A stretch of DNA of 64,000 nt. It comes from Thecamonas trahens ATCC 50062 (taxonomy: Eukaryota; Protista; Apusomonadida). Below, one piece after another: positions 32,379 to 42,600 of this stretch; position 1 is the first letter of the stretch; the number at the start of each line of letters is the position of its first letter. The position numbers were made by a program, and so were the translations under genes. The notes beneath the pieces were generated by a model. It searched no databases. It was not told where the DNA came from and saw only the letters and a program-made list of their open reading frames with translations. Where the stretch lies: positions 634,114 through 698,113 of the forward strand of contig NW_013657679.1 of NCBI RefSeq assembly GCF_000142905.1, given 5' to 3'.

Positions 32379-33401
32379 ATGGAGAGTGTTACCAATCGGT
32401 CGACGACCAGCTGGCTGGCATGGCTGGGGCAGGTGGTGAGCCGGGTGGCGTGGTCTTGGCTGAGCTGGGCTTGGAGGCTGGTGCTGCGGGTGGTGACCGG
32501 GCGGAGCGCTCTGGAGCGATTGCTGGCGGCGACGAGAGACAACCAGGGAGGAGAGGAGGCCGAAGCGAGGCTGCGGGAAGTGGTGCGCGAGCTTGAGCGA
32601 GGTTGGAGGGATGCTGCTGAGAGAGTCCGCCAGCATGCGGCCGGCTGGTCGCTGCTGGAGGATGATCACGGCGTGCTCGACGATCTGCTGAGCAGCGAGA
32701 CCGAGGCCGTGGTGAGTCGGTTTGCAGGCGGAGGCGATGGGCTGGTTGCGGCAAGGGGATATGATGCGGTCAAGGACGGGCTGCGGTACATCGGCGTCCG
32801 GGCAGCGCTCGATGAGGCTGTGGTGGCGCTCAAGGTCCCGTATGATCGGACCGACGCCGAGCACGAGGACAAGCTATTTGCGCTGTGGGATGCACTTCGT
32901 CCGGGACTGGATCGGCCAGAGCGGATCTCACCCAAGTGGGGCATGCTCGGCTTCCAGGGCCGCGATCCGGCAACTGACTTTCGCGGCATGGGCCTGCTCG
33001 CGCTCGAGCAGCTGCTCTTTGTGGCGCAGTCGAGCGGGACCGGGTACCTTGCGGTTCTCGCCTGCGCCGAGGCGTGCGACGAGGAGCCGTTTTACCCATT
33101 CGCCACCGCCGGCATCAACTTTACGGCCTTTGCGCTGGCAGCGCTTCGGCGTGGCGACCTCGACGGCGCGTTAATGGCAGCGGCGGCGGCCGTCGGCGCG
33201 CATCAGTGGACACTCGATGCGGCGATGGAGGTCTTCCACGCGTTCTATGCCCGGGCGCTCCTCGCCCTCCACGCCCAGTGGCGAGCCGAAATGCCCGAGG
33301 ACATTATGGCCTTTCCGGGAGTCTCTGAGCGAGTCCAGGCCGCCATGGTTGCCAGGGTGCGGCGCGGCGATCTGAACGAGCTGCTGAGTCCTGGCTTGTA
33401 A
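32379..33401 (+). CDS. ELMOD: ELMO/CED-12 domain protein (ELMOD-type Arf/Arl GAP)
   Basis: WGMLGFQGRDPATDFRGMGLLAL and YPFATAGINFT; start codon uncertain. Confidence 0.9.
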   Translation: MESVTNRSTTSWLAWLGQVVSRVAWSWLSWAWRLVLRVVTGRSALERLLAATRDNQGGEEAEARLREVVRELERGWRDAAERVRQHAAGWSLLEDDHGVLDDLLSSETEAVVSRFAGGGDGLVAARGYDAVKDGLRYIGVRAALDEAVVALKVPYDRTDAEHEDKLFALWDALRPGLDRPERISPKWGMLGFQGRDPATDFRGMGLLALEQLLFVAQSSGTGYLAVLACAEACDEEPFYPFATAGINFTAFALAALRRGDLDGALMAAAAAVGAHQWTLDAAMEVFHAFYARALLALHAQWRAEMPEDIMAFPGVSERVQAAMVARVRRGDLNELLSPGL

Positions 33402-33614
33402 TGTGTGGAACGGCGCTTCGGCTGGAGCCGATGGAGCGGGGGTTTGACCGCATGCCGGTCACTTTGCCCACGTGCACTCGGCCAGTTTTGGTGCTGTCGT
33501 CAGCACTAGGCAAGACTGGTCATTACAGCCGTGGTTTTTTGCAGAGTTTCGGTTTTTGATTGGCAACCACATCGCCTTTTCTCCTTGATCAAGGACCACA
33601 CTTTGAAGACTATC

Positions 33615-34673
33615 ATGGCAGAGGCAACGACGACGCAAAAGGCAGTTGTGGCAACAGGCACGGGCGAGGACTTTGGATCGCACATTGTCATCGCGGACGT
33701 GGCAGCGCCGGCTGGAAGCCCCGCCGACGGATTTGTTCGGGTCAAGGTGGCGGCGGCTGCGCTCAACCCGGTCGACTGGAAGATGGTCAAGTACAACTTT
33801 CTGGTTGCGGTTGAGAACCAAGTGCTCGGATGCGATGTGGCCGGAACAGTGGTGGCGCTTGGCGCCGGGGTGGACGAGCTGGCTGTGGGCGACGAGGTCT
33901 TTGGCTTTCAGTCGATCGACATCGCCAACGGCACGTTCCAGGACGTGCTGGACATTCCAGCGTACCTGCTCCTCAAGCGACCGGCGCATCTGAGCGCGAC
34001 CGAGGCCGCGACGCTGCCCGTGGCACTCTACACGGCCGTGTTTGGTATCTTCCGCGACCAGCCTGGCGCGGGCGCGTCGCACGCGTTTGAGCGCGATGCG
34101 GCCGGCGGCGCGCCGTTCCTGGTCTGGGGCGGCTCGTCGTCGGTGGGTCAGGTTGTGATCCAGCTTGCAGCAGCAGCCGGCTTTCATGTCATCGCGGTGG
34201 CATCGGCCAAGCAGCACTCATACCTGCGCGAGCTCGGCGCGGCGGTGACGGTCGACTACCACGATGACGACGTCGACGCCCAGATCAGAGCGGCGGCCGA
34301 GGCCGCTGGCGCTCCGCTGCGCTACGCGTTTGACACCGTTTCGGTGGCGACGACGCTGCGCAGCGCCAAGCTCCTGGATGCGTCTGCTGACGCGCCAGGC
34401 TTTGTCACCACCATCACGGACGTGCCCGAGGAGGCTGTCGCCAACGTCTCGGTCATCCACACGCTCATGGCCAACATCCACGCCGATGGCGACAAGAAGG
34501 CGTTCATGCTTGACGCACGGAAAAAGATTGCTGCGTGGGTCGCCGAGCTCCCCGTCAAGAGCAATCCCGTGACCGTCATCGGTACAACATGGGACGCAGT
34601 TCCTGCCGGTCTCGAGCGCCAGCACGCCGGCGTCTCCTGCACCAAGCTTGTCATCGATCGCGCCGAGGCTTAG
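33615..34673 (+). CDS. Medium-chain dehydrogenase/reductase, enoyl-reductase-like (Zn-free type)
   Basis: VKVAAAALNPVDWK, LGCDVAGTVVALG, EAATLP, LVWGGSSSVG, VDYHD. Confidence 0.9.
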   Translation: MAEATTTQKAVVATGTGEDFGSHIVIADVAAPAGSPADGFVRVKVAAAALNPVDWKMVKYNFLVAVENQVLGCDVAGTVVALGAGVDELAVGDEVFGFQSIDIANGTFQDVLDIPAYLLLKRPAHLSATEAATLPVALYTAVFGIFRDQPGAGASHAFERDAAGGAPFLVWGGSSSVGQVVIQLAAAAGFHVIAVASAKQHSYLRELGAAVTVDYHDDDVDAQIRAAAEAAGAPLRYAFDTVSVATTLRSAKLLDASADAPGFVTTITDVPEEAVANVSVIHTLMANIHADGDKKAFMLDARKKIAAWVAELPVKSNPVTVIGTTWDAVPAGLERQHAGVSCTKLVIDRAEA

Positions 34674-34761
34674 CCGCTTCTCAACAACTCGTTCGGGCGC
34701 ATTGTTACAGTAAACAAGTTTGTGAACGGATGAGCATCTTTCCTTGCCGCGTGCCTTGCCG

Positions 34762-34815
34762 TCGACGAGCTCACGAGTCGACGACGAGCTCACGAGCTCA
34801 CGAGCCGACGAGCCG
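34762..34815. repeat. Degenerate short tandem repeat (CGACGAG / CTCACGAG units)
   Basis: cgacgagctcacgagtcgacgacgagctcacgagctcacgagccgacgagccg. Confidence 0.7.
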
Positions 34816-34853
34816 AAGCCCCTCCACCCCTTCCCCCCCCTCGCCGGTGATAG

Positions 34854-35092
34854 NNNNNNNNNNNNNNNNNNNNNNNNNNNNNNNNNNNNNNNNNNNNNNN
34901 NNNNNNNNNNNNNNNNNNNNNNNNNNNNNNNNNNNNNNNNNNNNNNNNNNNNNNNNNNNNNNNNNNNNNNNNNNNNNNNNNNNNNNNNNNNNNNNNNNNN
35001 NNNNNNNNNNNNNNNNNNNNNNNNNNNNNNNNNNNNNNNNNNNNNNNNNNNNNNNNNNNNNNNNNNNNNNNNNNNNNNNNNNNNNNNNNNNN
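34854..35092. other. Assembly gap
   Basis: N run. Confidence 1.
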
Positions 35093-35101
35093 TCCGTGAC
35101 T

Positions 35102-36592
35102 ATGCCCCGCTACCGCCATGTGCCTCGACTGGCAGTATCACTTGCTTTTGTGGTCTTTGTGGTCTTCATGGTGGCATGGCCTTCATCTGCGCCGCGCGGA
35201 GGGTCATCGGCACGCATGCTCGCCGAGTTCCGGAGCCTTCCATCGACAACGGGTGCATCACGGGCGTCACCATCATCACCGCCGTGCTCGCCATCATCAT
35301 CGACATCATCCTTCAAGAGTGATCACGAGTGTAGGAAGAGTGGCGCATCACAGTCTGGTCGTCAACGGCAGGAGGGCCGTCGGCTATTGGGCGATGAGAA
35401 GGCCATCCGTGCAGCAGCAGAGGCATACATGGATGTGGTTCGGCCGGAGATGTTCAACTCGTCTGGAAGAGCAGGCATTCCGGATGACGACGATGACTGG
35501 CTGGATGGCTATGCTTCTCCTTGCTGGCTGGACGATGGCGGTGGGCTGAGGTGCATGCCGGCGTTCATGATCCTGGGTGTGTTCCAGGCTGGCGTCAAGG
35601 ACGTCTATCTCCGCATGGGCAGGCATCCGGCCATCCATGATGCGTCAGGTCTGCACATTCTGTTCTGGTGCGAGCCGCACAAGTGGGAAGACTATGCGGG
35701 TACCATGTCACGGGTTGCCGAGAAACACCTCCTCTCGGCACCGGACCATCTGGTCGGCGAAGTCTCCCCCGCTACGTTTGAGTTTATGTGGGCGCAGAGC
35801 ACAGACTTGCTGCGACCGACGTTTGCAAAGGCGGCCAGGGAGTGCTGGACAGAGCTGGGCGCGGGAGGACAGGAGCGGACTGACGCCGGCCGCGACAGGT
35901 GCATCCAAGAGTCGCGAGCGGCGGAGCTCGAGTTTGCTCGTGCGCATGGCGTGCCAGCCGGACGCGATGAGACGCTCTCGGCGTTCACCACGCCGTATCT
36001 TGTACGGGCGGCTGTGGGAACGTCGACCAAGCTCATTGTGGTGCTCCGCAACCCGGCGGATCGCCTCTACGCCGCGTACAACAAGTACGGACAGTACGAC
36101 GCCGAGTATGGATTTGGCCCCGACGGCTTTGATGCTTACCTCGACGCACAGCTAACGCTGTTGGAGGAGTGTATTGCCAAATACTCGCGTTTCAAGTGCG
36201 CGCTCGAGTTTGAGGCCATCGAGTATCGGTATCAAGCACTGTTCTACCACGCTGACCAGATCATCAAGTCGATGTACGGTGAGTTTCTGCCCGAGTGGCT
36301 CGCAGCGTTCCCCGAGCCCAGCGCGCTGCTCGTCGTCACCCACGAGGAGTACGTGGCGGGACCCAAGCGTGTCCTCGCCCGCGTTTTTGATCACGTCGGC
36401 GTTGACTCGACGCTGACTACTGCCGCTTGGGACGACATTCTTGAAGGTGGGCCGGCGACGCTCAACGGACAGCCGTCACGCGAGCGCCAGCCAATGCATG
36501 CCGCGACCCGCGCGCGGCTGGACGCGTTCTTTGCACCAGACGTGGCGGCGATTGCCGACTATGTGGGTGACGACTCGCTGTGGCGTGAGTAG
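35102..36592 (+). CDS. Type II membrane sulfotransferase, CHST15/GalNAc4S-6ST-like
   Basis: N-terminal TM anchor and Ser-rich stem; SPCW...LRCMPAFMILG...DVYLRMGRHP; GEVSP; KLIVVLRNPADRLY; MHAATRARLDAFFAP. Confidence 0.85.
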   Translation: MPRYRHVPRLAVSLAFVVFVVFMVAWPSSAPRGGSSARMLAEFRSLPSTTGASRASPSSPPCSPSSSTSSFKSDHECRKSGASQSGRQRQEGRRLLGDEKAIRAAAEAYMDVVRPEMFNSSGRAGIPDDDDDWLDGYASPCWLDDGGGLRCMPAFMILGVFQAGVKDVYLRMGRHPAIHDASGLHILFWCEPHKWEDYAGTMSRVAEKHLLSAPDHLVGEVSPATFEFMWAQSTDLLRPTFAKAARECWTELGAGGQERTDAGRDRCIQESRAAELEFARAHGVPAGRDETLSAFTTPYLVRAAVGTSTKLIVVLRNPADRLYAAYNKYGQYDAEYGFGPDGFDAYLDAQLTLLEECIAKYSRFKCALEFEAIEYRYQALFYHADQIIKSMYGEFLPEWLAAFPEPSALLVVTHEEYVAGPKRVLARVFDHVGVDSTLTTAAWDDILEGGPATLNGQPSRERQPMHAATRARLDAFFAPDVAAIADYVGDDSLWRE

Positions 36593-36673
36593 CACATCGA
36601 TGGCTGTGAGTGGACACGGTTATGTTCTGTGTTGTTCACTTGCTCGACCGACCGTGTGGTGCGGTTTCAGCGG

Positions 36674-39600
36674 CTATGACGACGAGTCGTACGACGAGCT
36701 CGAGTCCTCGTCGTCGTCAGACGAGTCAGAGGTCTCTGCAGCCGGTGCCTTGGGCGGCGGGACTGAGGGGACGGACGGCTTGTCGGCCTTGGCCTCGGTC
36801 TTGCTGCCGCCTCTGGTCTCGACAAGGACGACTTCCTCGGTGGACGACGAGCTGGAGTAGTCGTCGTCGTCGGAGAGCGAGACGTCAGATGACGAGTCGA
36901 TGCCGCGGGCGTCGTCGAGGTGGGCGTCGTCGGCGTCGCCGGGGAGACCGTCAGAGCCGGGGGCAATGTACTGGGCAAGCGACTCGCGGGTCTCCTTGTA
37001 GCCCTGCTCGAGATCCTGGTGGTAGGCGTACTGGTCGTCCTTGATGAGCTCGCGGTTGAGGGCGATGGCCTCACCGCAGGCAGTGATAAAGGCAGCAAAG
37101 GCGGCGCGGAGGGCGGTGACGTGCTCGTCGGGAAACTTGCCGGCGTCGTCGCCGAGGAAGACGCGGGCAATCTCCATGGGCCCGGCGTTGACCTGGAGGC
37201 GAACCGAGCCCTGCAAGACAATCTGCAGGGTCTTGAGGTTGGCGGCATCGCCGCGGAGCTCGGCGCGGATCTTTTCGACGCGGCGCTCGATCTCCTCGAG
37301 CGCGTTCTCGATGGGCGTGAGGACAAACGAGGTCCGCTCGGCGACCCGGATGCGCTTGGTGAGGTACGGGAAGGCCTTCTCGACCTTGAGAATTGTCTTG
37401 CGCTTGTACTGCTGATCGGTGGCACCGTGCGCCTTTCCGCCCTCGGTGAATGGCGTCTCAAAGATGAACGAGCGAAGGTTGGTGTTTCGCTCGTAGTACG
37501 TGACCCGCTCGGTCGCCTCGTGGGCCTCAAAGTACGGCTCGACCGAGGTGATCTGGACAAAGGCGGTGTTCGGATCGAGTGACTTGCGGTCGACGTTGGA
37601 CGAGTCGCGGAGGATGACGACCTTGATGCCTGCGGCGGCAAACTTGGTCTCGTAGATCTCTTGCAGGCGAGCGGTGAACTCGGCGAGACGGGTAATCTTT
37701 TCCTCGCGGTAGATAAACTCCGCGCCGTCGAGATCCTCAAAGGCGGAGCCGTAAAAGCCGACGCGGTAGTAGGAGGAGAGGATACGGTTCTGGAACTCGA
37801 TCGACTGCTGGATCTTGTCAAAGAGCTCGGCGAGGTGGCCGTGGAGCGCGGCGAGGCTCGGGTAGTTGCGCTCACGGGCGTAGATGGGGATAAGCATCTT
37901 GTAGACCTCGTTGGCGGCCTCCCACAGCTCGGCGGCGACAAGTTCATCGACGGCGGCGTGCAGGAGCTTGACAAGGCCCTCGCGAGTGTAGGTCGCCTCC
38001 TGGGTCACGCCCTCGGCCTGAGAGTGGGTGACGTCGGCAACGGCAGCCTCCTCCTCGGCGTTGCGGGTGATGGCCTTGAAGGCGGCGACGCCCTTGGGCA
38101 GATGCGGCTCGGGCTCGGTGCAGAAGAGGAACTCGGCCGAGAGTGCCGCGAGGTGGGTCTGGCACATCGCGGCCTCCATGATCTGGCCATTAGCCTTGTG
38201 GAACTTCATGAGCTTGCGGAGCCAAGTGACCCGCAAGTTCGGCGCGTTCATGTAGCCCTGCGCGATGCGGTGGAGCAGATCGCCCTTCATCTCGACATCG
38301 CCCTTGGCGGAGTTGAGAAGCGCCGAGTTGCGGAGGATGTCGAAGAACCGCTCCATGAGCTCCGTGACCTGCTCGCGGAAGTCAAGCTCGTCGCGCGACT
38401 CGGGTGAGGTGTCCTCCTCTGAGTAGCGGACAATGGCGCGAAGAGCGCGGGTGACGTTGCGGTCGTCGCGGAGCTCTTCGCCGGCAAGCTCCGAGAGCGC
38501 GTTGGTCGCCTGGAGCTTCATGCGCGAAAAGTCGCGGTAGCCAGTCGGGAGCTTAAAGTTGACCTTCATGCACAGGTAGATGAGCGCGGTGGCCTCGCCA
38601 CGGATTACGGCCGAGACCGAGTTGCAGTGGACCATGACCAGGCGCATGAGGTCGCAGCAGTACGGGTTGTCACCCATGAAGAAGATCGAGTCGAAGCGCT
38701 GCACAAACGACCGAAGCGACGCGTAGAGCGCGCGAACAAGCCGCTCGCTCTGATGAGTCTCGAGCAGCGAGAGGTAGACGGAGAAGACGCCCGCAAAGAG
38801 CGGCGTCTCGCCGGCGTCCTTGCGGAGACGGCCGTCAAAGAACTTGACAAACGTCTCCATGACGTCAAGAACCACCAGCGAGACCTCGGTGGCGAGCGTA
38901 GTCTCGAGTGCGACGTCAAACGGGGTGACGTCGACCGACGCCGCCGCCGCGCGCATCATGGACATACGGCCGGCAGTGAGCGAGCCCGTGTTCGGGCCGA
39001 GGACAGAGGTGTCGCCATCACCGGCGCTCGGTCCGGCGGATGCGTCGCTGCCGCGCGCAACCGAGGCGCGGCGGACCGACGACGGGCGAGTGGTGGTACC
39101 GGACCGACCGCGGGTGCGCTTGATGGTCGAGCGGCCCGAGGTCCGCGACATGGATCCCCAGCCCGAGGCTGCGGACATGAGACCGGATGATGTGGAGGCG
39201 GACGCGGCCCAGGCCGCGGACGAAGAGCGGCGGGTTCCGCCAGTGCCCGAGTACATGTCCTCGAGTAGCTTTTTGTTGGCCTTGGACTCGGCGACGGCGG
39301 CCTCCTTGATGCGTTGCTCGCGGAGAGAGACCTGGCCCTGGTACTCAAAAGCTTCGAGGACGGTGGAGAGAAGGGCAAAGAACTCCAGCAGGATTGACTC
39401 GGCCTCGTGGTCCCACCACGAGCGGAGGAGCCGGCGCGAGCACCGCTTGAGAAGCCAGACAAGGCCAATGAGCGCCTCGCGCTGCTCGGCGCGGTCCCAT
39501 TCGTCGCGGACGCGTGGGAGACAGGCGAGCATGCGGACGTACGGAAAGTAGGTGGCGGCGATCTGGGCGTGAAGCCCAGCGCGCTCGCCCTTGTCGCCGT

Positions 39601-42600
39601 TGCCGACTCCTTCGTCATCTGCGTCGCGGAGCGCAAGAACCCGTGCGTCGAGCTCGTACTTGAAGAACAGATCGCGGAGGAGGGCGAGGCACTGGGCCCG
39701 GATGGTGCGCTCGACGTTGTCGAGGCCTGACGCAATCTCAAAGAGCAGCAGCGACGAGAGCGGGTGTGCGGTCCAGAACCGAGCAAGAAGGGCGTCGTTT
39801 GTCGACGACTCGGCAGCAGCAAGGAGCGCGTTGGGGTCGGCGATCACCTCCGAGTTGGGCGGGGGCGGGACAAGTAGGTCGACGTCCGACGGCGAAGTCT
39901 TGAGCGGCGACGAGGCCGAGGCCGAGCCGGACTCGTCCTCGTCAGGCAGGGTGTCAGGTGCAGCCATGCGAAGAGGGCCTTGGGTCGGGACCGAGAGCAA
40001 GTAGTCGACGGTGTCGAGGCCTGGAAGCGAGAGCGAGATGGCGTGCTCGTAGTCGCAGACAATCTTGAGAAAGTTGAGCTTGATGCGGTAGAGCGAGTCG
40101 GTGAAGCCCGGCGTGGCCGGCGTGAACTGGCGGACGTAGCGCTGAACAACGACGTAGACAAAGCCGCGGTTCATGAGCGCAAACAGGTCGCGTGCAAAGA
40201 GGGCGAGCGCGGCGTTGAGCTGCTGCGCAACGACGAGGCCGGTGGAGGAGAGGACAAAGACGTGCTTGCGGAGGAGCTCAAAGACTTGGGCAACTGAGTG
40301 GCGGAACGGGTGCGGAAAGCGGGCTGGGCGGGCCGGGGCGGGCGGGCCGTCACCGAGGCTAGTGCCACCGGCGGCGCGGGTCTGGGCATCAAGCCAGAGG
40401 GTCATCGACTTGACGACAAGCTCGAAGAGGACAGCCGCGTGTGCAGCGCCCGACTCGGAGGCGGGCGTCTTGGCATTGGCGAGGAGCGGGAGCCAGACGT
40501 CGAGGATGCCGGAGAAGAGGCGGCCTGCGCGCGACGGAACCGAGGCGTCGGCGTCGGCCTGGTCCGAGCACTTGGGTGGCAAGAGGAAGGTGTCCTCGTC
40601 AAAAATGTAGTTGACCCAGTTGGTGAGGATCGAGTGCGGGCCCTGGGCAGTATGGAGCGAGGCCTCGACGAGAATGTCCATGGTGCGAAGGAGGGCACGG
40701 AAGGCAAGCTCTGCGACGCCCTGCTTGCGGACGCCGTTCTCGATGGAGGTTTGGCGACCGTAGAGGGCGACGTTGAGCAGGTAGTGGAGGAGCAGGTGGC
40801 CGTGGGCAACAGTCTGTGAGCAGGCGACGCGCTCGAGACCGATGACGGCAGCCTTCATGACAGGCTCCGAGTCAAACGAGGTGTGGTAGACGTGGGTAAA
40901 CTCGTGGAGGGCCGGGTCCTGGACAAGGACGGTGGAGGCGAGGGTGGTGCGAAGGGCGAGCATGGGCTGGCCCTTGTCTGCAGCGGCGTCGGAGAGGTCG
41001 GCGGTGAGGTAGCCCGGAGCGAGATCGTAGACCAACGGCAGGCCGTAGAGGCCGTCGCCGATAACAAGGGCGGAGGAGCCGGCCTTGTGGTAGACAGCGT
41101 CACGGGCGCAGGCGACGCCCGGGGCCGACAGGTCGGTGCCGAGCACATCTGACGCCGAGCTCGCCTTGGGCGCGAGTACAATGTTGAGCGGGCAGTCGTA
41201 GATGGCGGCGGTAGTGAGCGGGAGGACGGCATAGCCGACGATTTCCTCGACGGGCGGGGCGTTCTTCTTCTTCTTGGGCAGCTTGACGTTGACGTGAAAG
41301 ACGGTAAAGAGGAGATGGGTACCCGGCTCGAGGGCAAGCGGAAGCTCGAGCTTGAACTCGTCCATGAACGACGGGTTCTTGACTTGGAAAGCGACCGACG
41401 ATTGGGCGTATGCGGTGCGCGGCTCGTCGAGCGCGCCGCCGTAAAAGGTGGCGAGCACGTTGTCGTCAGGGCCAATGGAGGCGTCAGACGACTTGAGCTG
41501 GACCCGGACGCCGAGATTGAGCTTGGCCTTGATGGAGACCTTGACCTTTGACGCATCAAGCGTGTCGAGCGAGAGATGAAGGTTGTTGACAAAGGCGCGG
41601 CCCGGGAGTACGGCCTCGGACACAAATGATTGCTGGACGCGGATGACGTCTGCGACGGCGGACGGGAGGTCGTCGGACGGAAGCAGCGGCTGGGCATACT
41701 TGACAAGCGCGCCTTGCGGCGGGCACTCGCCGTAGATGATGTGGCCTGTAGAAAGGTTGAAAAAGTAGACGGTGTCGTCTTCGTAGTCATAACCCTCGAC
41801 CCAGAGGTCAGGAAGGCCCGGACGAGGGTCTAGGTCGACACCGGGCGGAGGCGGCATGGCAGCGGGCATTTTCTCGGCCACGGCGGCCCAGGCGTCGGCA
41901 ATGGCGGCGGCGGTGTCAGAGTCGGGAGGGATGGCGGCCGGGGCGAGCGGGGCGAGCGCCGGCGAGTAGCGGCCAGGCGGAGCGTAGCCCGAGGCCGGCG
42001 CGGCACGGACCGAGTACTTGAGCTTGCCGGGAATGGCCTTGAGCTTCTTGACGTTTCCGGCCTTGATGGTCTCGTGGATGGTGGCGAGGAGCTTGGTCTC
42101 TGACACAAGCTTAGAGAGGCGGAAGAGGCGGGAGCAGGTCTGCTGGCAGGTCGGCACGCCGCGCTTGGACACGGTGACCTTGCCGGACTTGTCAAAGAGT
42201 GGGATAGCGGCAAAGGCAAAGTCCTGGCGATAGGCACCGAGACGACGGCAGAACTCCTGGGCGGCCATGTGGTACTTGCCGGGATCCTTCTTGGCGTGCT
42301 TGATGTAGGCGTCAGCAGCGTCTTCGTAGTCGCCCTGCAGGACTTTGGAGATGCGAACGACGAGCCACATGTCAGCGTGCGGGTACATGATGGGAAAGGC
42401 GACACGACGGGCCGAGGTGACTGGGAACTCGGGGATGTCCGCGCCGTAGATCATGGTGCAGAGGTGCGGCGGATTGAGCGAAGTCGAAAAGTAGTCAGTC
42501 AGCCGCGAGTTGTGCTTGAGGTCAAAGACAGCGGCCGAGACAAAGAAAGGCTCGATGTCGCCGAGCTCAAACTCGAGGCCCTCGAACGAGATCTCGACAA

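Noticed and set aside
34535-35101. ORFs spanning N-gaps (for example the 685-aa ORF and the X-filled ORFs at 17245-18117, 21702-22552 and 43199-44774)
   Set aside because: Artefacts of translating through Ns.
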